NCBI GenBank assembly: GCA_017427165.1
Contig: JAFRTK010000118.1
Span: 19,903 to 83,902 of the forward strand
DNA: 64,000 nt
Direction of reading: 5' to 3'
Source: Clostridia bacterium
GTDB taxonomy: Bacteria; Bacillota; Clostridia; Christensenellales; Aristaeellaceae
The position numbers and the translations under genes were made by a program. Each line of letters starts with the position of its first letter. The first letter of the stretch is position 1. The notes beneath the pieces were generated by a model, which ran no database searches, was not told the DNA's origin, and saw nothing but the letters and a program-made list of their open reading frames with translations. Below are positions 12,261 through 20,616 of the stretch, piece by piece.

Positions 12261-13112
12261 ATGTTTGGTTATATTACCCCGGACCAGGGACGCCTTACGG
12301 ATTTGCAGAAAAAGCGATACCGCGCTTTTTACTGCGGCCTGTGTCATTCACTTCAGTCACGTTACGGTCAGGTCGGCCGTCTGTCGCTCAGCAATGATAT
12401 GACTTTCCTGGCCATCCTCCTCTGCTCGATGTACAGTCCTCCGGATTCTGAAGATACGTCACGGTGTGCAGTGCATCCTGTCAGAAAGCATACTTTTCTC
12501 CGCTCAGACTGGATTGACTTTGCAGCGGACATGAACGTCCTGCTTTTCTGGCTGAAGTGCAGGGATCAGCAGCTGGATGACGGACTCCTTGCCGGCCGGG
12601 CCGGCGAGAAGGTATTCCGGAACAAGGCAAAACAGGCCGAAGCCAGCTGGCCGTATCAGGCTGAATGCATTAAAAACACGCTGGACCGGCTTTGGGCACT
12701 GGAGCGTACTGATTCACCGGATTCTGATGCCCTCTGCAATCTCTCCGGGGAAATGCTCGGCGCTTGCTTTGTACCGAAACCGGATGATATGTGGGCATCC
12801 GGTCTCCGGGCAGTTGGTGAAGGACTCGGGCGTTTTGTTTACTGGATGGATGCCTGGGAAGATTATGATCAGGATATCCGGGCCGGAAGGTTCAATCCCC
12901 TGAAGCAGTATCATGATCGTGAGGATTATGATCAATTTGCCCGCAACACACTGGAACTCCTGATTGCGGATGCCACTGAAGCATTTGAAATCCTGCCGCT
13001 GGAAGAAGATCTCGACCTGCTTCGGAATATCCTGTACAGCGGCGTCTGGCAGCGTTATGCGCTGAGGATAGAAAAAAAGTACGGAAAGGAGGCGTCCCTG
13101 CTTGATGAATGA
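12261..13112 (+). CDS. DUF5685 family protein
   Basis: MFGY...YCGLCHSL...YG...[10 protein letters not shown], CxxHP and DAWEDYDQD patterns recognised from memory of the family. Confidence 0.8.
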   Translation: MFGYITPDQGRLTDLQKKRYRAFYCGLCHSLQSRYGQVGRLSLSNDMTFLAILLCSMYSPPDSEDTSRCAVHPVRKHTFLRSDWIDFAADMNVLLFWLKCRDQQLDDGLLAGRAGEKVFRNKAKQAEASWPYQAECIKNTLDRLWALERTDSPDSDALCNLSGEMLGACFVPKPDDMWASGLRAVGEGLGRFVYWMDAWEDYDQDIRAGRFNPLKQYHDREDYDQFARNTLELLIADATEAFEILPLEEDLDLLRNILYSGVWQRYALRIEKKYGKEASLLDE

Positions 13113-13911
13113 TCCTTTTGCCGTACTGGGTATCTCTTCATCCGCCACGGAAGATGAAATCAAATCTGCATACCGCAGGCTGGCCAAGAAGTATCATCCG
13201 GACCTGAATCCGGGTGACAAGGCTGCCGAACAGAAAATGAAGGAAATCAATGAGGCCTATACGCAGGCGCTCCAGATCAGAAAGAACGGCGGCACCTGGA
13301 ATCCATATGGCAGTTCTGCATCTTCCAGCGCATCCGGAAATCCTTTCGGCGGTTCGTGGGGGCCCTATGGCAATCCATTCGGAAGCCAGTCCGGTTCAAA
13401 TGGAAGCCGCACTGAATACCGGGATCCGTACTCCGGTCAGAACGGGGCTTCCGGAAATCCCTTTGGGGACTATGGTTTTGATCCATTCTCCGCGTTTTTC
13501 GGAGGGCGGGCCGGTTCTTCAGGCCCGCGGGCAAGATCCTATGCAAATCCGGATCTGGATGAGGTTGCACATGTCCTTCGCTCCGGCCGTTATTCCGAAG
13601 CAGAACAGCTGCTGAACCGGATTCCTTCCCATGACGCAGACTGGCATGCACTTTATGCCCGCGCCGAAATCGCGCTTGGCAACCGGATTTCTGCACTGGA
13701 TCACGCCAGGGCTGCCGTTCGGATGTCGCCGGGCGATCCCGAATACCAGCAGCTTCTCTCTGAAATCGAAAGCGGAAGCCGCGCGTACCGGCGAACGCGT
13801 GCCGGCAGCGGATATGATTTTCAGTCCCTCATTTGCCAGAATCCCTGCATCACATGCTTCGCGGTAAACATGCTCATTAACTGCTGCTGCGGCCGTGCAT
13901 TCTGGTGCTGA
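13105..13911 (+). CDS. J-domain co-chaperone with G/F-rich linker, TPR-like helices and Cys-rich hydrophobic tail
   Basis: J domain with HPD (KKYHPDLN), GNPFG repeats, helical repeat region, tail [25 protein letters not shown]. Overlaps the upstream stop codon. Confidence 0.9.
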   Translation: MNDPFAVLGISSSATEDEIKSAYRRLAKKYHPDLNPGDKAAEQKMKEINEAYTQALQIRKNGGTWNPYGSSASSSASGNPFGGSWGPYGNPFGSQSGSNGSRTEYRDPYSGQNGASGNPFGDYGFDPFSAFFGGRAGSSGPRARSYANPDLDEVAHVLRSGRYSEAEQLLNRIPSHDADWHALYARAEIALGNRISALDHARAAVRMSPGDPEYQQLLSEIESGSRAYRRTRAGSGYDFQSLICQNPCITCFAVNMLINCCCGRAFWC

Positions 13912-13935
13912 TCAGAATCGAAAGAAGGTTGTAAT

Positions 13936-14349
13936 ATGATTTTCTTCTATAAGCTGAAAACATGGATTGCCCGTTTCATGGAAGGCCGTTACGGACCCGA
14001 TCAGTTCGGTATTTTTACGCTGATTGCCGGTCTTGTTCTTTCCGTTCTGTCCGGTTTCATCGGTTTACCGGTTCTCGGTCTTCTCGGAACCAGCCTGTAT
14101 ATTTATACCCTTTTCCGGCTTTTTTCCCGTAACCGCTCAAAGCGGATTGCCGAAAATCAGAAGTATCTGTCACTTTCTTCCGATACAAAAACCAAAGCGC
14201 GCCAGTTTGTCCTCCGGCAGAAGAACCGAAAGGAGTACAGATATTTCCGCTGTCCGCAGTGTAAAGTTCTGCTGAGGATGAAAAGAGGCACAGGTGAAAA
14301 GGAAATCACCTGTGCCAAATGCCAGCATCAGTTTCGTCAGAAAGCCTGA
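13936..14349 (+). CDS. Small membrane protein with C-terminal zinc ribbon
   Basis: GRYGPDQ, two hydrophobic helices, CPQC...CAKC; GAAGG RBS. Confidence 0.8.
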   Translation: MIFFYKLKTWIARFMEGRYGPDQFGIFTLIAGLVLSVLSGFIGLPVLGLLGTSLYIYTLFRLFSRNRSKRIAENQKYLSLSSDTKTKARQFVLRQKNRKEYRYFRCPQCKVLLRMKRGTGEKEITCAKCQHQFRQKA

Positions 14350-14361
14350 TGAAGGCTCTTT

Positions 14362-14631
14362 TTATCCTGCGCGGCGTCCCATGATCATGGCGGCGCCGTT
14401 TTCTGTTACGCAGTAGTTCCTCCTGGCACTGCTGTTCCGTTCGAGCAGTCCTTCATTGACCATCCTGTTCAGGTATCCGGCAGTAGTCGAAGTACTCATC
14501 AGCCCGGCAGCTTCCCCGATCTCCCGGACGGAAGGTTGTCTCCCCTCATCCCGTGCAAAAGAAATCATGTAGTGAAGGATCAGTAAACGTCTGCGCCTGT
14601 TTCTGGGTGTACGGCTGTTCATTCTCTTCAT
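14362..14631 (-). CDS. Stand-alone LexA-type DNA-binding (winged-helix) domain protein
   Basis: RRLLILHYM...GRQPSVREIGEAAGLMSTSTTAGYLNRMVNEGLLER...RNY resembles the LexA N-domain. ATGA overlap with the upstream gene. Confidence 0.8.
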   Translation of the reverse strand: MKRMNSRTPRNRRRRLLILHYMISFARDEGRQPSVREIGEAAGLMSTSTTAGYLNRMVNEGLLERNSSARRNYCVTENGAAMIMGRRAG

Positions 14632-15455
14632 CCTCTCATTCCTGCTGTCGTATAGTGTTCAATATCCGCAGTACTCGCGTACATGTCTTTCCGCATGGTT
14701 CCGATAACCCGCCCGATGCATCGTACCTCGTCCATGTCTGAAAACCGCATCAGCGGGTATTCCGGATTCAGGCTCCGGAGTCCTTCTTTCCGGAATTCCT
14801 TGATGTATCCCATATCTCCGGTAACAAAAATGCCGATCTCACCGGGGCGTATACTGGCTGTATGCTGTACCAGCACCTGATCTCCGTCATGATAGCGGGG
14901 TTCCATACTGTCACCGCTGACTCTGATAATTTCGTCAGCCCGGGATGTTACGCTGTCCTCATACAGCCAGACCGGCTCGCCGGATTCATCCCCGATTCCC
15001 CAGCTGGGACCAGCACACGCGGCCAGGTCGTTCCGGTATATCTGCACCAGCTTGCGTGCGGAAACAGGCGTTTTTTCCTGCATGTCAATCAGCACATCCA
15101 TTTCCCGCAGAATCACCTGCCGGTGATACTCATTCAGCCGGAAATACCGGTCTGTAAACAGGCGGGTCGCTTCATCCGCAATCTTTTTCCCTTTTTGTTG
15201 ATCCGCTGCTTCCGGAATGCCGAAGAATTCGTTGATCGATATTCCGAGGTTTTCACAGATCACGGGGACACTGCTCAGATCCGGACGGCTTCTTCCAGCC
15301 TCCCATGCACCGACGGCGTTCTTCCCGACATGGGCCAGGGCTCCGAGCTCTTCCTGGCTCATGCCTTTCTTCCGGCGGCTGTTCCGGATCATTTCCCCGT
15401 AAGCAATCCCGGCCATGTTGCGGGAAGCATAATCCTTTCTTTCATCCGGCTTCAT
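14628..15455 (-). CDS. XRE-HTH / S24 peptidase autocleaving repressor (CI/LexA-like)
   Basis: HTH_3 (MSQEELG...VGAWEAGRSRPD), Ala-Gly site (AACAG), catalytic Ser (GDSMEP) and Lys (YIKE). Confidence 0.9.
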   Translation of the reverse strand: MKPDERKDYASRNMAGIAYGEMIRNSRRKKGMSQEELGALAHVGKNAVGAWEAGRSRPDLSSVPVICENLGISINEFFGIPEAADQQKGKKIADEATRLFTDRYFRLNEYHRQVILREMDVLIDMQEKTPVSARKLVQIYRNDLAACAGPSWGIGDESGEPVWLYEDSVTSRADEIIRVSGDSMEPRYHDGDQVLVQHTASIRPGEIGIFVTGDMGYIKEFRKEGLRSLNPEYPLMRFSDMDEVRCIGRVIGTMRKDMYASTADIEHYTTAGMRG

Positions 15456-15473
15456 TCGTTTCACACCCCGTTC

Positions 15474-15528
15474 AGAACAATATTTTCGTTCTGGTATTAT
15501 TTTAGCACAATATTTTTGTGCTTGTAAA
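15474..15528 (-). promoter_or_regulatory. Promoter of the XRE-S24 gene with two 19-bp palindromic operators
   Basis: Minus strand TTTACA-N18-TAAAAT with TG extension. Operators AGAACAATATTTTCGTTCT (15474-15492) and AGCACAATATTTTTGTGCT (15504-15522). Confidence 0.75.
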
Positions 15529-15546
15529 GGGGAACAAAAAAAGAAT

Positions 15547-15576
15547 TTGACTTCATTCATTCACTTGTCATAGAAT
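15547..15576 (+). promoter_or_regulatory. Promoter of argF
   Basis: TTGACT-N18-TAGAAT. Confidence 0.55.
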
Positions 15577-15608
15577 CATCGGGTACCGATATAAAGGAGC
15601 TGAATATC

Positions 15609-16595
15609 ATGTTTCACCTGGAAAAAAAGGATTTCCTGAAACTCCTTGATTTTTCACCGGAAGAAATCACCGGCCTTCTGGATCTGGCTGCTGATCTGAA
15701 GCAGAAGAAAAAAGCCGGCATACCGCATGCGGCTTTTCCCGGTAAAAACGTTGCCCTGATATTTGAAAAAACGAGTACTCGTACCCGCTGTGCCTTTGAG
15801 GTCGCTGCTTATGACCTGGGGATGAACTGTACCTATCTGGATCCGTCCGGCAGCCAGATAGGCAAAAAGGAAAGCATCGCCGATACGGCCCGTGTTCTCG
15901 GCCGTATGTATGACGGTATTGAATACCGCGGCTACGGCCAGGAAATTGTGGACGGCCTGGCCCGCTATTCCGGTGTTCCGGTATGGAACGGCCTGACCAA
16001 TGAGTTCCATCCCACCCAGATCCTGGCGGATTTCCTCACAATCCGCGAACACTTCGGATCCCTTTCCGGCATCAAACTCGTATATATGGGAGATGCCCGT
16101 TACAATATGGGCAATTCCCTGATGGTCGGCTGTGCCAAGATGGGTATGCATTTTGTTGCCTGCGCGCCGTCCGCTTATTTTCCGGATTCAAATCTGATTG
16201 AGGAATGCCGGAAAATCGCGGCTGAAACCGGCGCAGTGCTTGAATTTGAGGAGGATATTACGAAAGCGGTGTCCGGCGCGCATGTCATATATACCGATGT
16301 CTGGGTTTCCATGGGGGAACCGGACCATGTATGGGAGACCCGGATCAATGACCTGCTTCCCTACCGTGTGACCGCGGATGTCATGCGCAAAGCCCGTCCG
16401 GATGCGGTATTTATGCACTGCCTTCCTTCCTTCCATGACCTGAATACCACGATTGGAAAGAACATCTTTGAAAAGTTCGGTCTTGACTGTATGGAAGTAA
16501 CGGATGAGGTTTTCGAAAGCCCGCAGTCCATTGTCTTTGATGAAGCGGAAAACCGCATGCATACCATCAAGGCGGTCATGGCGGCCACGCTGTAA
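15609..16595 (+). CDS. argF: Ornithine carbamoyltransferase
   Basis: STRTR, HPTQ, SMG loop, HCLP, AENR. Confidence 0.97.
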   Translation: MFHLEKKDFLKLLDFSPEEITGLLDLAADLKQKKKAGIPHAAFPGKNVALIFEKTSTRTRCAFEVAAYDLGMNCTYLDPSGSQIGKKESIADTARVLGRMYDGIEYRGYGQEIVDGLARYSGVPVWNGLTNEFHPTQILADFLTIREHFGSLSGIKLVYMGDARYNMGNSLMVGCAKMGMHFVACAPSAYFPDSNLIEECRKIAAETGAVLEFEEDITKAVSGAHVIYTDVWVSMGEPDHVWETRINDLLPYRVTADVMRKARPDAVFMHCLPSFHDLNTTIGKNIFEKFGLDCMEVTDEVFESPQSIVFDEAENRMHTIKAVMAATL

Positions 16596-16613
16596 TTGCC
16601 CTCAAGAAAGGTT

Positions 16614-16649
16614 CAGGCGGTTCCATTTTCGGAACCGCCTGTTTGTTTT
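16614..16649. terminator. Terminator hairpin between convergent argF and methyltransferase genes
   Basis: CAGGCGGTTCC-ATTTTC-GGAACCGCCTG followed by TTTGTTTT. Confidence 0.8.
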
Positions 16650-17415
16650 ATTTTACCGACTTTCTTGCGACGATCAGGTACCGGTGGGTCGTTCCCTCGA
16701 TTGCGCCTTCCGTTTCGATCTTTTCCTGCATCTTCAGCAGGTTTGCTGCGCACCGGTCGACGGAGAACCCGGGAAATTCCCATTCGATGATCCGGGCAAA
16801 CCACACAAAAGCACCGACGTCAAAGAACCGGATCGGCATAAATGCTTCGCCCTTCTGCAGGATCTCAAATCCCGCGTCTTCAAAAGCCTTCGCCTGCACC
16901 GTCAGGTTCTGTCCCGGGAACGGCTCTGCGGCGTCGGGAAGCACCGTTTCAACCAGGTCCCGGTCGTTCCGGTCCCCCACCTGCTGGGTGATGAAGATTC
17001 CGCCGGGCTTCAGGATCCGCTTCAGCTCCTTTGGTTCAAAATCTCCGTGCCGGTTGATGACGATATCAAAGCTCCTGTCACCAAACGGGATATGCGCCGC
17101 GTCAGCGCATTCCCGCAGGTCGATTCCCAGGGGGATCAGCTTCTTCCGGCACAGCTCCACATTCGGCGGGTATCCTTCTGTCGCTGCGGTGTTTTTATAT
17201 GGATGTTCCAGGGAAAGCAGGTATTCACCGCCGCCGGTATCGTAGTCCATCAGTTTCATATCCGGCTTCAGGAAGGACCGGACGATGGCGTCATAATCCC
17301 AGGGGATATTTTCCCCCTCTTCGTATTTTCCGTTGATATGGGAGAAATCCCATCCGCTGATATGCGCGATGCTTTCTTCCTGTTTCCAGCGATTAATCAG
17401 TTCCCGTTCATTCAT
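16648..17415 (-). CDS. Class I SAM-dependent methyltransferase
   Basis: Motif I variant LMDYDTGGGE, IPFGDRSFDIVINRH, RILKPGGIF. Confidence 0.88.
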   Translation of the reverse strand: MNERELINRWKQEESIAHISGWDFSHINGKYEEGENIPWDYDAIVRSFLKPDMKLMDYDTGGGEYLLSLEHPYKNTAATEGYPPNVELCRKKLIPLGIDLRECADAAHIPFGDRSFDIVINRHGDFEPKELKRILKPGGIFITQQVGDRNDRDLVETVLPDAAEPFPGQNLTVQAKAFEDAGFEILQKGEAFMPIRFFDVGAFVWFARIIEWEFPGFSVDRCAANLLKMQEKIETEGAIEGTTHRYLIVARKSVK

Positions 17416-17560
17416 GGTTTCCTGCATTCCTTTCTTTTTCTGGATCGGATGTCCGGGAAAGGTGCAGTTCCTGGCAGCATGGCTTATTTTCTTTTTTTTC
17501 CCGGTGCTGCCTGCTGTCAGTCTTTCGAAACTGCACCGGGAAATTATCTCGGATTCTCAT
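17408..17560 (-). CDS. Putative 50-aa leader/small ORF (not in the ORF track)
   Basis: GGAGG RBS 6 nt before ATG 17560; its stop overlaps the methyltransferase start (ATGAATGA). Confidence 0.4.
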   Translation of the reverse strand: MRIRDNFPVQFRKTDSRQHREKKENKPCCQELHLSRTSDPEKERNAGNHE

Positions 17561-17757
17561 GGGTTGCCTCCTGCAATGCCTTCTGGCATCTGAATCATAA
17601 TATCACATTCAGTGGTCACAATAAAAGGGATGATAGGTTTGTATTCTGCAGATTGGCAGATATAAAATGAATTTTTGATTATGTATTGACTTTGAGCCCG
17701 CTTCATGGTTTAGGATAATATTGATTTTTCGGTTTCGCGTTTCGCAGATATCACCAA

Positions 17758-19557
17758 ATGAAAGCTGAGTATGGAAAAATGTCACAGCATGAAGAGAATT
17801 CCAGACGGAGTGTCAGACAAACCAGGGGGTTGCTCAGGCGTTTCATCTCCTATTATAGACCGCATAAAAAACTTTTTGCCATGGACATGGGGGCTGCACT
17901 GCTTGTTTCCGCGATCGGTGTGGTATATCCGATCATAACGCGGACCATGCTGAATACGCTGATTCCGGAACGTCAGTACAGGATGATCGTGATTTTCGGC
18001 CTGGCGCTTCTTCTGCTTTATTTCATCAAGATGATGCTCAACTATTTTATCCAGTACCAGGGGCACATGATGGGCGTATACATGCAGGCCCGGATGCGGA
18101 CCGACCTGTTTGCGCATCTGGAAACGCTCCCCTATTCCTTTTTCGATAACCATGAAACCGGAAAAATCATGACCCGTATGACAAACGACCTTTTTGAGGT
18201 TGTCGAGCTGGCCCATCACGGCCCGGAAAACCTGATCATCTCGTTCCTGAGCATTTCATTTGCTTTTGTGTACCTGAGCACAATCAATATCTGGCTGACC
18301 TTGATCGTTTTTGCCTGTGTTCCCTTCCTGCTGGTCATTTCCTACAGCCTGCGCAAAAAGATGCGTAAGGCATTCCGGGATTCCCGTACGGCAATCGCGG
18401 AAATCAACGCCAGTATGGAAAGCTCCATCTCCGGCATCCGGGTGACCAAGGCTTTCACCAACGCGGATAAGGAAAAGGAAAAGTTCGAAGTCGGAAACGG
18501 CAAATTCCAGGTTGCCCGCAAAGCGGCCTACAGTGCCATGGGCCGTTTCCACAGCGGCAACACATTTGTGACGGATGTGTTCAATGTTGTGGTGCTGATT
18601 GCCGGCGGCCTGTTCCTGTATAACGGTCAGATCCGTTTCGGCGATTACTCTGCTTTCATTGTTTCCGTCAATATGTTCATCGGCCCGGTGATGACGCTGA
18701 TCAACTTCATGGAACAGTTTGAGAACGGAATCACCGGTTTCGAGCGCTTCTGTGAAATGATGGATGAAAAGCCTGAAACCGACTGCCCGGATGCCGCCGA
18801 TGCAGGCATTCTTGAAGGCCATATCGAGTTCCGGGATGTCAGCTATGCCTATGATGAGGACAAGAATGTTCTTCGCCATGTGGACCTGGATATCGAAAAA
18901 GGGAAAACCTTTGCGCTAGTAGGCCCCAGCGGCGGCGGGAAAACAACCATCTGCCACCTGATTCCGCATTTTTATGATGTGGTAAGCGGTCAGATACTTC
19001 TGGACGGAAAGGAAATCCACAGCCTGACGCTGGAAAGCGTACGACGGAATATCGGTATTGTGCAGCAGGATATCTATCTGTTCAATGACAGTATGAAGGA
19101 AAACATCCGCTACGGGAAGCTGGACGCAACGGATGATGAAATTATCCTCGCGGCAAAACGCGCGAATATCCACGATTACATCATGTCACTGCCGAACGGT
19201 TATGATACGAATATCGGCGAACGGGGTGTCCGTCTCTCCGGCGGACAGAAACAGCGTCTTTCAATCGCCCGGGTCTTCCTGAAGAATCCGCCGATCCTGA
19301 TTCTGGATGAGGCGACCAGCGCCCTGGACAACACCACAGAGATTCTGATCCAGCAAGCATTGGATGAACTCTGCAAAGGCCGTACGACGCTGGTGGTGGC
19401 CCATCGCCTTTCCACCATCAAGAATGCGGATGAGATTGCCGTGGTCAGCGACGGAAGGATTGTTGAACAGGGAACCCATGATGAACTGATGGCGAAGCAG
19501 GGCATGTATTATGACCTGTATCAGCTTCAGTTCCGTGCAAACGCAGGAATTGTATAA
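17758..19557 (+). CDS. ABC exporter, fused permease and ATPase (MsbA/Sav1866-like)
   Basis: N-terminal transmembrane domain, GPSGGGKT, LSGGQ, ILILDEATSALD, AHRLST. Confidence 0.95.
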   Translation: MKAEYGKMSQHEENSRRSVRQTRGLLRRFISYYRPHKKLFAMDMGAALLVSAIGVVYPIITRTMLNTLIPERQYRMIVIFGLALLLLYFIKMMLNYFIQYQGHMMGVYMQARMRTDLFAHLETLPYSFFDNHETGKIMTRMTNDLFEVVELAHHGPENLIISFLSISFAFVYLSTINIWLTLIVFACVPFLLVISYSLRKKMRKAFRDSRTAIAEINASMESSISGIRVTKAFTNADKEKEKFEVGNGKFQVARKAAYSAMGRFHSGNTFVTDVFNVVVLIAGGLFLYNGQIRFGDYSAFIVSVNMFIGPVMTLINFMEQFENGITGFERFCEMMDEKPETDCPDAADAGILEGHIEFRDVSYAYDEDKNVLRHVDLDIEKGKTFALVGPSGGGKTTICHLIPHFYDVVSGQILLDGKEIHSLTLESVRRNIGIVQQDIYLFNDSMKENIRYGKLDATDDEIILAAKRANIHDYIMSLPNGYDTNIGERGVRLSGGQKQRLSIARVFLKNPPILILDEATSALDNTTEILIQQALDELCKGRTTLVVAHRLSTIKNADEIAVVSDGRIVEQGTHDELMAKQGMYYDLYQLQFRANAGIV

Positions 19558-19580
19558 ATGATTATCTGTATCATGTGAAG

Positions 19581-19609
19581 CACGGGGCAGTTCCCTGCCC
19601 CGTGTTTTT
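19581..19609. terminator. Intrinsic terminator
   Basis: CACGGGGCAG-TTCC-CTGCCCCGTG followed by T5, between convergent genes. Confidence 0.8.
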
Positions 19610-20495
19610 ATGGATATTTCCGGTTGAAGTTGCCGACTGTATCACTCACGCTGGAAACACAGGCAAACGTATCCGGGTATTCACTGAGGATCCTTGTCAT
19701 ATCCGTAATCTGATGTTTGCCGATTACGCTCACCAGCATGGTTTTTCCCTGATGGGTATATCCTCCCTCAGCCTGGATGATTGTAGCGCTGTGGTGCAGC
19801 TCATTCACAATCCGCTTTGTGATTTCATCGGGATGGGATGTAATCATTTCCACCCGAAGGGCTTCATGTCCGCCTTTCATGATAAAATCGCACATTCGTG
19901 TGGTGATCAGCGCGTAAATGATGCACAGAATAACCGGTTCAATCCGGAAATCATAAACGATATAGGAAACAGCGGCAATAATAATATTGATTGTAAAGGT
20001 AATATGGGTCATGGAATAGGCCGGCTTCCGCTTATGGATCAGCGCGGATATATAATCCATACCGCCGGTACTTCCGCCGCATTGGAGGGAGAAAGCCTCA
20101 ATGATTCCGTTTACGGTGCCGGCAGCCACCGGAGCCAGCAGCGTGCTTTTTCCATCCTCCGTATGATAGATGAAGCGTTCAGCCGGTATAATTCCCTCCT
20201 GCATCATCAGCAGCACACCGGAAAAAACCGCAACGCTCACCAGCGTTTTCAGCACAAAGGACCGGTCAATCCGGTACCAGCAGATGATGGCCAGCGGGAT
20301 ATTCAGGATCAGTGTCATATAACCGACACTGAAATGGAATACATACTGGATCATGGTGTTGATACCGCCCAGGCCGGATGGCGCGAACTGATTCGGGAGG
20401 ATGAAAATATAGTAGTTCACGGCCATCAGAACTGCGGCTGCGGCAATCACGGCATACTGGGCTGCCGGATTCTTCAGTCTGCTCACATAATGCAT
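19608..20495 (-). CDS. YitT family membrane protein (DUF161/DUF2179)
   Basis: FAPSGLGG, LNIPL, GGSTGGMD, C-terminal GGYT...GNF domain. Confidence 0.88.
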   Translation of the reverse strand: MHYVSRLKNPAAQYAVIAAAAVLMAVNYYIFILPNQFAPSGLGGINTMIQYVFHFSVGYMTLILNIPLAIICWYRIDRSFVLKTLVSVAVFSGVLLMMQEGIIPAERFIYHTEDGKSTLLAPVAAGTVNGIIEAFSLQCGGSTGGMDYISALIHKRKPAYSMTHITFTINIIIAAVSYIVYDFRIEPVILCIIYALITTRMCDFIMKGGHEALRVEMITSHPDEITKRIVNELHHSATIIQAEGGYTHQGKTMLVSVIGKHQITDMTRILSEYPDTFACVSSVSDTVGNFNRKYP

Positions 20496-20568
20496 GCGGT
20501 TTCCTCATTTCATTTCATTCCGGATGCTTCAGCTCGTATTGTACATCTTTTGTTTTTTGAATTCAATG

Positions 20569-20599
20569 AAAAAAGCCCTTGCATATTCTGCAAGGGCTT
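20569..20599 (-). terminator. Terminator of the oad operon
   Basis: AAGCCCTTGCA-N5-TGCAAGGGCTT with a T-tract on the minus strand. Confidence 0.8.
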
Positions 20600-20616
20600 C
20601 ATGTAACCAATGAGGG

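Noticed and set aside
15474-15492. Possible canonical SOS (Cheo) box
   Set aside because: The GAAC and GTTC half-sites are 9 bp apart, not 4; treated as a separate operator.
14362-15528. Possible prophage or ICE remnant around the CI-like repressor
   Set aside because: No integrase, att-like repeats, cro or structural genes; the flanks are ordinary chromosomal genes.
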